DNA from: Acidobacteriota bacterium | Lineage (GTDB): Bacteria > Acidobacteriota > Thermoanaerobaculia > Thermoanaerobaculales > Sulfomarinibacteraceae | Reading direction: 5' to 3' | Length of the DNA: 64,000 bases | Assembly (NCBI GenBank): GCA_022340775.1 | Contig: JAJDNH010000087.1 | Coordinates: 23,440 to 87,439, forward strand | Shown here: piece after piece, positions 8,663 to 23,363 of the stretch | Layout: every line of letters starts with the position of its first letter | How positions within the stretch are numbered: the stretch's first letter is position 1 | Position numbers and translations under genes: made by a program | Notes under the pieces: generated by a model | Databases searched by the model: none | Seen by the model: the letters and a program-made list of their open reading frames with translations, nothing else | Told to the model about the DNA's origin: nothing

Positions 8663-9549
8663 CACCACCCCCGGCGCGAGAGCATCTCCTCAGGCGACAG
8701 CGAACCGATGTCGAGACCCGACATGGGCTCGCCGAGGCCAGCGGAGATCTCCACCAGCTTGGTCGGGTCCTGCCAGTGTGTGACCGCCTGGACAATCGCC
8801 TGCGCCCGGGTTGCCGGGTCCGCGGACTTGAAGATGCCGGAGCCGACAAAGACGGCTTCGGCGCCGAGCATCATGCAGAGCGCGGCGTCGGCGGGGGTCG
8901 CGACCCCGCCGGCAGCAAAGTTCGGGACCGGCAGGCGGCCGTGCTCGGCGACGTAGGCCACCAGTTCGAACGGCGCCTGCAGCTCCTTCGCCTGGGCCAT
9001 CAGCTCGTGGCCGTCGAGGACCGTGAGGGTCTTGATCTGACGCTGGACCGCGCGCAGGTGGCGTACCGCCTCGACGATGTTGCCGGACCCGGCTTCCCCC
9101 TTGGTGCGAATCATCGCGGCACCCTCTCCGACTCGGCGCAGCGCCTCGCCGAGGTTCCGACAACCGCACACGAACGGGACCTTGAACGGATGCTTGTAGA
9201 CGTGGTTCTCCTCGTCCGCCGGGGTCAAGACCTCGCTTTCGTCGATGAAGTCGACCTCGAGAGCCTCAAGCATCTTGGCCTCGGCGACATGACCGATCCG
9301 ACATTTGGCCATGACCGGAATCGATACCGTCTTCTGGATCTCACGGATCTTTTCGACCGGCGCCATCCGGGCCACGCCGCCCTGGACCCGAATATCGGCC
9401 GGCACCCGCTCCAGCGCCATGACCGCCGCCGCCCCGGCGTCCTCTGCGATCTTCGCCTGCTCGGCCGTCGTCACATCCATGATGACGCCGCCCTTGAGCA
9501 TCTCCGCGAGACCCACCTTGACGCGGAACTGGGGATCGTTGAAGTCCAT
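8662..9549 (-). CDS. pdxS: Pyridoxal 5'-phosphate synthase lyase subunit PdxS
   Basis: Start trimmed to ATG 9549, with GAGGGAGGA upstream. Contains [42 protein letters not shown] and further sequence highly characteristic of PdxS. Confidence 0.9.
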   Translation of the reverse strand: MDFNDPQFRVKVGLAEMLKGGVIMDVTTAEQAKIAEDAGAAAVMALERVPADIRVQGGVARMAPVEKIREIQKTVSIPVMAKCRIGHVAEAKMLEALEVDFIDESEVLTPADEENHVYKHPFKVPFVCGCRNLGEALRRVGEGAAMIRTKGEAGSGNIVEAVRHLRAVQRQIKTLTVLDGHELMAQAKELQAPFELVAYVAEHGRLPVPNFAAGGVATPADAALCMMLGAEAVFVGSGIFKSADPATRAQAIVQAVTHWQDPTKLVEISAGLGEPMSGLDIGSLSPEEMLSRRGW

Positions 9550-9639
9550 CTCTCGTCCTCCCTCGGGGCGCTGGAGCCACCCGGCGCCATTGTACACATC
9601 GAAACACCGACGTGGGGTCTTGAGCGCTCGGTGCTGCCC

Positions 9640-10222
9640 TCAGGCGCCCTGCTCCCCTGTGCCCTCCGCCTGTCCACGCAGTCGCAGCAAGCCGAAGGCG
9701 TTGATTGCCAGGTGTGCCGCGGCCGCGGCCGGGTAGCCCCCGCTCTCGAACACTCCTCCGAGAGCGAGCCCCAGCACGAAGGCCAGCAGCGGCCACATCC
9801 ACAGCCGGCGGTCAGGCACGATGTGCAACAACCCGAATACGATGGCCGCCGCTACCAGGCCGATCAGAGGCTGCAACAGCGCACGCGCCAGCGCCTCCTC
9901 CGCGAGGCCCGACAGCACCGCGATCGCCACAGCATCTCCCCTACTCCACCCCACCACCAGGTGGCGCTGCCACGACTCGAGGCGGCGTAGCGGCGGTAGC
10001 CGGTGGAGAATCCACAGGGCAAAGGCGATGGTTATACCGGCCCCGAGGCCGATGCCAACACTCGTCCACAGCTCGCCGCGCGGAGCGAGACCTGTCAGGG
10101 GGCTGCCATCGCGGAGGCCGAGACCAACGATCGCCACGATAGCGACGATGCCCTCCTGGTGTGCGACCAGCCGCGACGAGATGCTGGGCGGGTCAGGGCT
10201 ACCTTTGCCGGTGGGATGGTGG

Positions 10223-10242
<20 letters not shown>
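9640..10242 (-). CDS. CPBP-family intramembrane glutamic endopeptidase (CAAX protease-like)
   Basis: Multi-TM protein with [11 protein letters not shown] (EExxxR) and IVFGLLH (FxxxH) motifs. The ORF-track start at 10344 lies inside gyrA. The first in-frame ATG after that is 10242, which still overlaps the gyrA 3' end by 20 nt. Start is uncertain. Confidence 0.6.
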
Positions 10243-12757
<2,515 letters not shown>

Positions 12758-12758
12758 C

Positions 12759-16275
<3,517 letters not shown>

Positions 16276-16279
<4 letters not shown>

Positions 16280-17379
16280 ACCCTCATGGGCATCAGTACG
16301 TACAGGTACTCCTCCAGACGAGGATCATCCTCGACGGGAACGACCACACACTGAGTTCCCGCATCCTTGAGCTGCAGCTCGACCCTCTCGCAGTCGAGCA
16401 CCTGGAGCATTTCCATCAGGTAGCCTGCGTTGAGAGCAATCTCCAGTGTATCCCCTTGGTAAGCGACAGAGAGGGTTTCCTCGGCACTTCCCTTCTCGTA
16501 GCCGATCGACACCAAAGTGAGCTCCCCAGCGGAGTCGACGCGAAACCTCACGCCTCGGGCTTTTTCGTGGGCCAAGAGGCTGACCCGACGTAACGAGGCC
16601 AACAGCTCAGCACGATCGACCCTCACCCGGTTCGGGTTGTCCCGTACGATCACTCTCTCGTACTGGGGAAACCGGAGCTCGACCACCCTGGAGATGAGCT
16701 GCCGCTCTCCCATCCGGAAGCCGAGGTGGTTCTCTTCCGCCGACAGCTCGACCTTGTCGTCGGCAAAGCGGGCGAACTCTGCCAACAGCTTGCGTGGAAA
16801 CAGCTGCTGCTCAAACGGTGGCGCTCCATCGGGACCCTGGGCGCGCACAACCGCCAGCCGATGACCATCGGTGGCCGCAATCTCAACCTCGCCGGGCACC
16901 AGCTTCACGAGAGCACCGTTGAGCTGGAACTTCGGATCGTCCTTGGTGATCGCGAACGCGACCCGCTGCAGCATCAGCTGAAACAGCTCCAGCGACAGCC
17001 CGTAGTCGCCGGCCTGCGGCGCTTCCGGCACGGTCGGGTACTCGGTCGCGTCCGCTACCGACATTCGGGAGTGGAACCGGCCGCTCGTGAGCTCAACCGC
17101 GTCACCGTCCAGCCGAATCGTGAATTCCTCTTGCGGCAGGTTGCGGACCAGCTCTTGAAATACCCTGCTATCAAGGGTCAAGCGACCCTCGCCACTGGTC
17201 TCGGCCGGGCATGAGGTGATGATCGTCATGTCGAGGTCGGTCGCGACCAGGCGCAGCGATGAGTCAGACGCCTCGAGAAGGATATTGGAGAGAATCGGAA
17301 TCGTGGTGCGACGTTCCACAACACCCTGCAGGACAGAAAGCTCTTGCAGGACACGATTTCGCTGCAGTTTTAGTTCCAT
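16276..17379 (-). CDS. dnaN: DNA polymerase III beta sliding clamp
   Basis: Start trimmed to ATG 17379 (MELKLQRNRVLQELSVLQGVVERRTTIPILSNILLEA). 367 aa, typical clamp length and N-terminus. The upstream part of the ORF-track entry runs through the intergenic region. Confidence 0.95.
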
Positions 17380-17628
17380 GCACAGCCCCTTGCGGTGACT
17401 ACTAAGTAACTCACAGGTCGAAATATAGCATATATCATCGTCGTCGTCGAGCCTGTGAAGATGTGGAAGATCGGTCCAAGGTGCGCAGCAGCCAGAGGTT
17501 GTGCGAAGCCCAGCTGTGACTGCTACTGTCAATCGGCTGTGAACAGCTGTGGAAAATCCCCGCGCCGAGTCGTTCTTTCACAGGGTTGTGAGGCGCGCTG
17601 TGGAAAACCTGTGCTGGGAGCAAAGAGG
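17380..17628. other. Candidate oriC (dnaA-dnaN intergenic region)
   Basis: DnaA-box-like 9-mers, all in the same orientation: TGTGGAAGA (17462-17470), TGTGGAAAA (17548-17556), TGTGGAAAA (17599-17607). Several further TGTG-starting variants are present. The only strongly AT-rich stretch in the area is AAATATAGCATATATCAT (17421-17438), followed by (TCG)4. The consensus box is TGTGGATAA. Confidence 0.55.
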
Positions 17629-18945
17629 TCAGCTTTCGAAGTGCTCACGAAACGACGTCATGGTGGCGTCGAAGTCGGGGTTCGACTGCCGCATCTTCTG
17701 TACCGTGTCGACGGCGTAGATTACGGTCGAGTGGTGCTTGGCGAAGATCTTGCCGATCTCGGGGTAGCTGAGGTTGAGGATCTCGCGGATGAGGAACATG
17801 GCGACCTGCCGTGGCAGCGCAATCGATCGGCGGTTGGAGCGGCCCTTGAGATCAGCCACACGGACGCCGTAGTGGTGAGCGACGAAACGAATGACGTCGG
17901 GCGGAGAGGTGCGATGCTCGTCAGGCAGTAGCTGGGAGAGCGCGGTTCGGACAAGGTCCACGGTCATGGGGTGGCTGGTCAGCTGAGCGAAGGCGACAGA
18001 GCGGTTGAGGCAGCCTTCGAGCTCGCGGACGTTCTTTTGCACTCGGCGCGCGATGAAGAGCACGACATCCTCTGGAAGCTGCCAGCCGATGGCGCGCGCC
18101 TTCTCCCGCAGGATGGCGCAGCGCGTCTCGAGCTCAGGCGGCTGAATGTCGGCGAGCAGCCCCTGCAGAAAACGTGAGCGCAGACGCTCCTCAAGGCCCG
18201 GTATGTCAGCCGGGCGCGCATCGGAGGTGAAGACGACTTGGCGGCCGGCGGACTGGAGAGTGTTGAAGGTGTGGAAGAACTCGACCTGTGTTCGTTCCTT
18301 GCCTGCGATGAACTGGATGTCGTCGAGCAGCAACACGTCGGCAGCACGAAAGGTCGAGCGAAACTCATCCATCTTCTTGCGACGGATACAGTTGATGAGT
18401 TGGTTCACAAACTGCTCGGTGGTCATGTAGACAACCCGGAGGCGCTGGCCCCGTTCGTGGAGGATTCGGTGCGCTATGGCGTGAAGGAGATGGGTTTTGC
18501 CAAGCCCTGAGCCGCCGTAGATGAACAGCGGGTTGTAGGCCTGGCCGGGGCGCTCGGCGACAGCCTCCGCGGCGGCGCAAGCAAACTGGTTGGACGGTCC
18601 GATGACGAATCGGTCGAACGTGTACGCAGGATTCATCTGTGGCGACGCGTGCCGGCCGGTGGTTGAGGTAGAGGAACTCTCGACGGAAGCGGTCTGCGGC
18701 GCGTGTGAACCATTGGGCGTTTCCAGCTCGATGTGGAAGTCCGGGCCATAGTGACTCCGGGCGACGGTCTGAATGTCGCGGAGGAGGTGGTCACGCACCC
18801 AGTCGGTCACAATGTCGTTTGTGCATGAAAGAACCAGGGTCGAGCCCTCGAGCCGGACCGGGGAGAGTGGACGGATCCAGGTGCCGTACTCCTCGGTGCC
18901 GAGCATCTGCCGCAAGTGGGGCTGGAGGTCTATCCACCGTTTCAT
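17629..18945 (-). CDS. dnaA: Chromosomal replication initiator DnaA
   Basis: 438 aa. AAA+ Walker A GGSGLGKTHLLHA, LLLDDIQF, and C-terminal DNA-binding domain ...SYPEIGKIFAKHHSTVIYA. Confidence 0.97.
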   Translation of the reverse strand: MKRWIDLQPHLRQMLGTEEYGTWIRPLSPVRLEGSTLVLSCTNDIVTDWVRDHLLRDIQTVARSHYGPDFHIELETPNGSHAPQTASVESSSTSTTGRHASPQMNPAYTFDRFVIGPSNQFACAAAEAVAERPGQAYNPLFIYGGSGLGKTHLLHAIAHRILHERGQRLRVVYMTTEQFVNQLINCIRRKKMDEFRSTFRAADVLLLDDIQFIAGKERTQVEFFHTFNTLQSAGRQVVFTSDARPADIPGLEERLRSRFLQGLLADIQPPELETRCAILREKARAIGWQLPEDVVLFIARRVQKNVRELEGCLNRSVAFAQLTSHPMTVDLVRTALSQLLPDEHRTSPPDVIRFVAHHYGVRVADLKGRSNRRSIALPRQVAMFLIREILNLSYPEIGKIFAKHHSTVIYAVDTVQKMRQSNPDFDATMTSFREHFES

Positions 18946-19029
18946 CGCAGTGTCCTAGCATAGCAGAGGCAGCGGCCGTGGAGGAAGAGGGAGGAGGGGA
19001 GCAGAGGAAGGCCGAACAGGCGCGAGAGC

Positions 19030-19058
19030 CTTGACAGCTGCCAGCCGCCGGGATATCC
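19030..19058 (+). promoter_or_regulatory. Sigma70-type promoter candidate for rpmH
   Basis: TTGACA (19030-19035), a 17-nt spacer, then TATCCT (19053-19058). It lies 32 nt upstream of the rpmH ATG. GGAGAG precedes the start. Confidence 0.5.
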
Positions 19059-19089
19059 TGACGCGCCCAGTTTTGGAGAGTGATGAACG

Positions 19090-19224
19090 ATGAAAAGGAC
19101 CTTTCAACCGAATAACCGCCGACGCAAGAAAAAGCATGGCTTTCGCGCGCGGATGCGAACCCGGGCAGGCCGCCAGGTGCTCGCCGCTCGTCGCCGAAAG
19201 GGACGGCGGCGGCTCGCCGCCTGA
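19090..19224 (+). CDS. rpmH: 50S ribosomal protein L34
   Basis: Too short for the ORF track. My translation is [44 protein letters not shown]. This is the canonical L34 sequence, in the expected position upstream of rnpA. Confidence 0.95.
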   Translation: MKRTFQPNNRRRKKKHGFRARMRTRAGRQVLAARRRKGRRRLAA

Positions 19225-19226
19225 GG

Positions 19227-19697
19227 ATGCGGCGGCTGCCGCGATGGAGACGTCTGCGGCGGCGGCGGGAGTTTCAGCGCGTGTATTCAGCCGGCGCTCG
19301 GGCTGCGGGGCGCTGGCTTGTAGTGTTCGGCCGGCCGACGACGGGCGACGAGCCGGCGCGCCTCGGCGTCACGGCATCACGGCGCGTAGGTGGCGCCGTG
19401 GTGCGCAACCGCTGCAAGCGGCGGATCAGGGAACTGTACCGGCTCCACCAACCGGTCGTGTGCGATCGTCTTGAGTTGGTGGTCAACGCACGTCCGGGCT
19501 GCGAGTCGGCGCCGTGGGAGCAGCTGGTGCTGGAGTATGAGCGGTGCGTGACACGCCTACAGGAGCGGCTCGAGCGGCGGCCGCCTGCCTCAGGGCCTAC
19601 AAGAAGTGGATCTCTCCCCTTCTTCCACCGGCGTGTCGATTCTCACCAACGTGCTCGGAGTACGCAGCAGAAGCCATCGGTCGATACGGACTCGTGA
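19227..19697 (+). CDS. rnpA: Ribonuclease P protein component
   Basis: ATG 2 nt after the rpmH stop. Basic N-terminus ...[12 protein letters not shown]...[24 protein letters not shown]. The frame stays open to 19697, overlapping yidD out of frame. The true C-terminus is uncertain. Confidence 0.8.
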   Translation: MRRLPRWRRLRRRREFQRVYSAGARAAGRWLVVFGRPTTGDEPARLGVTASRRVGGAVVRNRCKRRIRELYRLHQPVVCDRLELVVNARPGCESAPWEQLVLEYERCVTRLQERLERRPPASGPTRSGSLPFFHRRVDSHQRARSTQQKPSVDTDS

Positions 19698-19774
19698 AGG
19701 GAAGCTGGTTGGGACTGAAGCGCCTGCTCCGGTGTCACCCGTTCCACCCGGGAGGGTATGATCCGGTTCCCTGA
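19544..19774 (+). CDS. yidD: Membrane protein insertion efficiency factor YidD
   Basis: 76 aa, GTG start. ...[58 protein letters not shown], the canonical YidD motif. Confidence 0.9.
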   Translation: MRDTPTGAARAAAACLRAYKKWISPLLPPACRFSPTCSEYAAEAIGRYGLVKGSWLGLKRLLRCHPFHPGGYDPVP

Positions 19775-19796
19775 AAGGAGGCGGCGGGACAACAGC

Positions 19797-21461
19797 ATGG
19801 AAAAACGGTTCCTCCTCGCTCTCGTGCTGTCGGCTGCGATCTTCATCGCGTGGTCGATTCTCGTTCCCCAGCCGGCGCAAGCTCCGCGGCCGGTGCAGCA
19901 GGTACCGACACCGAGTGCCCAGGCCACAGCAGCTGCGGGAACGACGGCTGCAACGCCGGTGCCGACTCCGCAGCCCCAGCCACAGGCGGTGAAGGTCACG
20001 GAAGCGATCGGCGCCGAGCATCCAGAGACCGTGGAGCTGGTGTCCGACGATCTCCACCTGCGGCTGACCAGCCAGGGGGCGGCAATCGCTTCGCTCGTTC
20101 TCAGCAAGTACACGGACGACGAGGGGCGGCCTCTCGATCTGGTCAAGACCGTGGATCTGCCACAGCGAGCCCTGCCGCTGCAGATGGTGAGCGACGCCGG
20201 CCCCGACCAGCACGTGTATGCGGTCGAGAAGGTCAGCGGGGGGTATCGGTTTAGGTGGTCCGACGGCACCACCGCAGCGGTCGAGAAGACCGTGCGCCTT
20301 GGAGATCAGCCGTACACTCTCGACATTGAAGTCTCGGCCAGCGGCGCGGCAGCGAACTGGGCGCTCGCGGTGGGTACGGGAATGCGTGACATCGGACCGG
20401 CGGAACGGGCCAACCGTTTTGCGACGTGGGGAGATGCGGTCTTCATCACGCCGGAGAAAGCCGAGAGGATCAAGCGCAAGAAGGTCACAGAAGAAAAGAT
20501 CGAGCCCGGAGCAGGGTTCACCTACGCGGGCTTCGAGGATACGTACTTCGTCAACCTCCTGCGCCCCTTGACGCCGCTCAAGGACATGAAGGTGCGGCCG
20601 CTGGATTTACCGCCTAGCGACGTAAAGTCCGGCAAAGAGAAGAAGAAGAACGAGAAGGAGACGGTGCTCGAGCTGCTGGCGGAGCCCCAGGCGTACCCGT
20701 TCAAAGGCCAGCTGTTCTGCGCTCCCAAGGAGTACGACCTCCTGCGCAAGGTAGACCGCGGCGTCGAGAAGACACTCCATTTCGGGTTCTTCCACCCCAT
20801 ATCGGTCGTGTTCTTGCAGGTGTTGCGGTGGATCTACGGCCTGGTCGGCAACTACGGTGTGGCGATCATTCTCCTGACCCTGGCCATCCGGCTGCTTCTT
20901 TTTCCGCTCATGCACAGCTCGACGGTGTCGATGCGGAAGATGCAGAAGCTGCAGCCGAAGGTGAAGGCGATCCAGGAGAAGTACCGCAAGAACAAGTCTG
21001 ATCCGCAGATGCGGGCCAAGATGAACCAGGAGATGATGGAGCTGTACAAGGTGGAGGGCGTCAACCCGATGGGCGGATGCCTGCCGATGCTCATCCAGCT
21101 CCCGATCCTGTGGGCGCTGTACACCTTGTTTGCCTATGCGATCGAGCTCCGCCACGCCCCCTTCATATTCTGGATTCACGACCTCTCGGCGAAGGACCCC
21201 TACTACATCACACCGATCCTGATGACCTTCACGATGTGGCTGCAGCAGAAGGTGGCACCACAGGCCGGCGATCCCAAGCAGCAGAAGATGTTCAGAATGA
21301 TGCCGCTGATTTTCGGCATCATGTTCCTCGGCTTCCCCTCCGGACTGGTGCTGTACTGGTTGACCAACAACGTGCTGACAATTATCCAGCAGGAGGTTAC
21401 GCTGCGGCTCATCGGAGAGCGGCAGAAGAGCGGCGCGAAGGGGAAGGGCAAGCGGAAATGA
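19797..21461 (+). CDS. yidC: Membrane protein insertase YidC
   Basis: Start trimmed to ATG 19797 (MEKRFLLALVLSAAIFIAW), with AAAGGAGG upstream. Large periplasmic domain, then the conserved core ...GVAIILLTLAIRLLLFPL...MGGCLPMLIQLPILWALY... and a basic C-tail. Confidence 0.93.
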   Translation: MEKRFLLALVLSAAIFIAWSILVPQPAQAPRPVQQVPTPSAQATAAAGTTAATPVPTPQPQPQAVKVTEAIGAEHPETVELVSDDLHLRLTSQGAAIASLVLSKYTDDEGRPLDLVKTVDLPQRALPLQMVSDAGPDQHVYAVEKVSGGYRFRWSDGTTAAVEKTVRLGDQPYTLDIEVSASGAAANWALAVGTGMRDIGPAERANRFATWGDAVFITPEKAERIKRKKVTEEKIEPGAGFTYAGFEDTYFVNLLRPLTPLKDMKVRPLDLPPSDVKSGKEKKKNEKETVLELLAEPQAYPFKGQLFCAPKEYDLLRKVDRGVEKTLHFGFFHPISVVFLQVLRWIYGLVGNYGVAIILLTLAIRLLLFPLMHSSTVSMRKMQKLQPKVKAIQEKYRKNKSDPQMRAKMNQEMMELYKVEGVNPMGGCLPMLIQLPILWALYTLFAYAIELRHAPFIFWIHDLSAKDPYYITPILMTFTMWLQQKVAPQAGDPKQQKMFRMMPLIFGIMFLGFPSGLVLYWLTNNVLTIIQQEVTLRLIGERQKSGAKGKGKRK

Positions 21462-22057
21462 CAGAACGCCGGCACTTCACCGGGGGGACTCTCGACGAGG
21501 CACTCACAGCGGCATGTGCGGAGCTGCGCGCGCGGGTCGGCGAGATCCGCTACGAGCCGGTTGACGTTGACGATGGCGAGGGGGTCACGATACGTGCCGC
21601 CGTCGATCCGGTTGCCGTCCTCGGGCTGTTCCTGTCAGAGATGTTCGCAGCCGGCGAGCTCGAGCTTCGAGTGTCCCTCAAGGAGTGCGGAGAGGCGTTG
21701 TCGGGGGAGATTGAAGGTGCCGACGCGAGGCTGCTTACCGGGAGTGGGGGCAAGCCGCTCGACGCGTTGCAGTACCTCGCCAATCGGGTGCTCGACAACC
21801 GTGCCGGGGAGCATCCCCCGGTCCAGCTGGATGTGGGAGGCTTCAAGGAGCGGCGAGCACGCAGCCTCCACCAGCAAGCCCGGGAGACGGCCAACCGCGT
21901 GGCCCGAAGCGGCCAGGCGGTGATGTTCCCACCGATGTCTCCAGCTGCCCGCCGAGAGGTCCATATGGCGCTCGGTGAGGACGATAGAGTTGAGACAGAA
22001 TCTCAAGGAAATGGATTCCTCAAGCGTCTGGTCGTTCGACCTCGCCGGCGGCGCTGA
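21458..22057 (+). CDS. jag: Jag/KhpB-like RNA-binding protein (KH + R3H)
   Basis: ATG 21458 forms an ATGA overlap with the yidC stop. About 200 aa. C-terminal ...MSPAARREVHMALGEDDRVETESQGNGFLKRLVV is R3H-like. Conserved position after yidC. Confidence 0.75.
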   Translation: MTERRHFTGGTLDEALTAACAELRARVGEIRYEPVDVDDGEGVTIRAAVDPVAVLGLFLSEMFAAGELELRVSLKECGEALSGEIEGADARLLTGSGGKPLDALQYLANRVLDNRAGEHPPVQLDVGGFKERRARSLHQQARETANRVARSGQAVMFPPMSPAARREVHMALGEDDRVETESQGNGFLKRLVVRPRRRR

Positions 22058-23363
22058 CACGATCGTTGCTGTGGCGACCCCACCGGGTCACGGGGCACTG
22101 GCACTGCTGCGACTCAGCGGAGCGGACACGTCCCGGATTGCTGCCGAGCTGTGTCCGGGTCTCGACATCGCGGAGAGCTGGCGCGCACAGCTGACGGTAG
22201 TCCGTTGCGGCGACGGCCTTCCCCAGGAGCGCGCGGTAGCAATCGTTTACCGCGGCCCGCGGAGCTACACGGGGGAGGACATGCTGGAGCTGACTGTCCA
22301 CGGCTCGCCGGCGCTGGTACAGGGCGTGATGCACGAGTGCGTCGAGCTCGGCTGTCGGCCGGCGCAACCGGGGGAGTTCACTCGCCGGGCGGTCGCGAAC
22401 GGAAAGATGGATGTCACGCAGGCCGAGGGCATCGCGGACCTCATCGCGGCGGAGACTGCTTGGCAGCTGCGGGTGGCGCAGGCCCAGGTTCGGGGCGTGC
22501 TGTCGGCGCGGGTGGCCGAGACGCGGCGCGTGCTGGTTGGTCTGCTGGCGCGGATCGAGGGCGAGCTCGATCTTGCGGCCCAGGGCGTTGGCGCCCCGCC
22601 GGGCGAGCTGGCGGCCGAGCTGGCCACAGCGGTGCGCGGGCTTCAATGGCTGCTGGCCACCGCCCGTGCGGGCGAGCGGATTCGTGACGGGGTGCGGGTG
22701 GTGATCCTGGGGCCTCCGAACAGCGGGAAAAGCACGCTGTTCAACCGCCTGCTGAGATGTGAACGCGCTATCGTGTCGGTGCATCCGGGGACCACACGCG
22801 ACGTGCTCGAGGCGGAGGTGGAGATCGGCGGCGTACGGGTGGTTCTGGCGGACACGGCGGGACTGCGTGAGAGCTCCGATCTCGTTGAGCAGGAAGGGAT
22901 CAGGCGGGCGGAGGCAGCGGCTGCCGCCGCCGACGTCATCGTGTTCCTGCGTGACGCGAGAACCGTCGCGGGTCCGGGGCCCCGTGGCTGGGAACCTGAT
23001 GGGCGACCGTGGATCGGTGTGCTGAGCAAGACCGATCTTGTGAATGGGCCGGTATCGGGCGACCAGCGATGGGTAGCCGTGTCGCTGACGACGGGCGCCG
23101 GCTGGGAGGATCTCGAGAGCCGGCTGCAGGCGCTGGTGATTGGCGAGCTTGGTGAAACCGACGGCGTGGTGGCGGTCAGCCGGCGGCACGCTGCCGGCCT
23201 GCGCGCCGCCCTCAACGAGCTCGGGGCAATACGCCTCGCCGAAACAGAGGTGGCGGCGGAGGCGGTCCGCGCGGCCATCGACCATCTCGGCGAGATCATC
23301 GGGGATGTCACATCGGAGGAGGTCCTTGACGCCGTCTTCGCCCGCTTCTGCGTGGGGAAGTGA
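22011..23363 (+). CDS. mnmE: tRNA modification GTPase MnmE
   Basis: DTIVAVATPPGHGALALLRLSG, G-domain GPPNSGKSTLFN...DTAGLR, and the C-terminal ...FCVGK motif. Start is uncertain: ATG 22011 overlaps the jag end by 47 nt. Confidence 0.9.
   Translation: MDSSSVWSFDLAGGADTIVAVATPPGHGALALLRLSGADTSRIAAELCPGLDIAESWRAQLTVVRCGDGLPQERAVAIVYRGPRSYTGEDMLELTVHGSPALVQGVMHECVELGCRPAQPGEFTRRAVANGKMDVTQAEGIADLIAAETAWQLRVAQAQVRGVLSARVAETRRVLVGLLARIEGELDLAAQGVGAPPGELAAELATAVRGLQWLLATARAGERIRDGVRVVILGPPNSGKSTLFNRLLRCERAIVSVHPGTTRDVLEAEVEIGGVRVVLADTAGLRESSDLVEQEGIRRAEAAAAAADVIVFLRDARTVAGPGPRGWEPDGRPWIGVLSKTDLVNGPVSGDQRWVAVSLTTGAGWEDLESRLQALVIGELGETDGVVAVSRRHAAGLRAALNELGAIRLAETEVAAEAVRAAIDHLGEIIGDVTSEEVLDAVFARFCVGK

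Noticed and set aside
8608-9990. 460-aa plus-strand ORF
   Set aside because: Antisense to pdxS and the CPBP protease gene. A shadow ORF.
17438-17449. (TCG)4 microsatellite
   Set aside because: Too short to call as an independent repeat feature. It is noted only as part of the oriC candidate.
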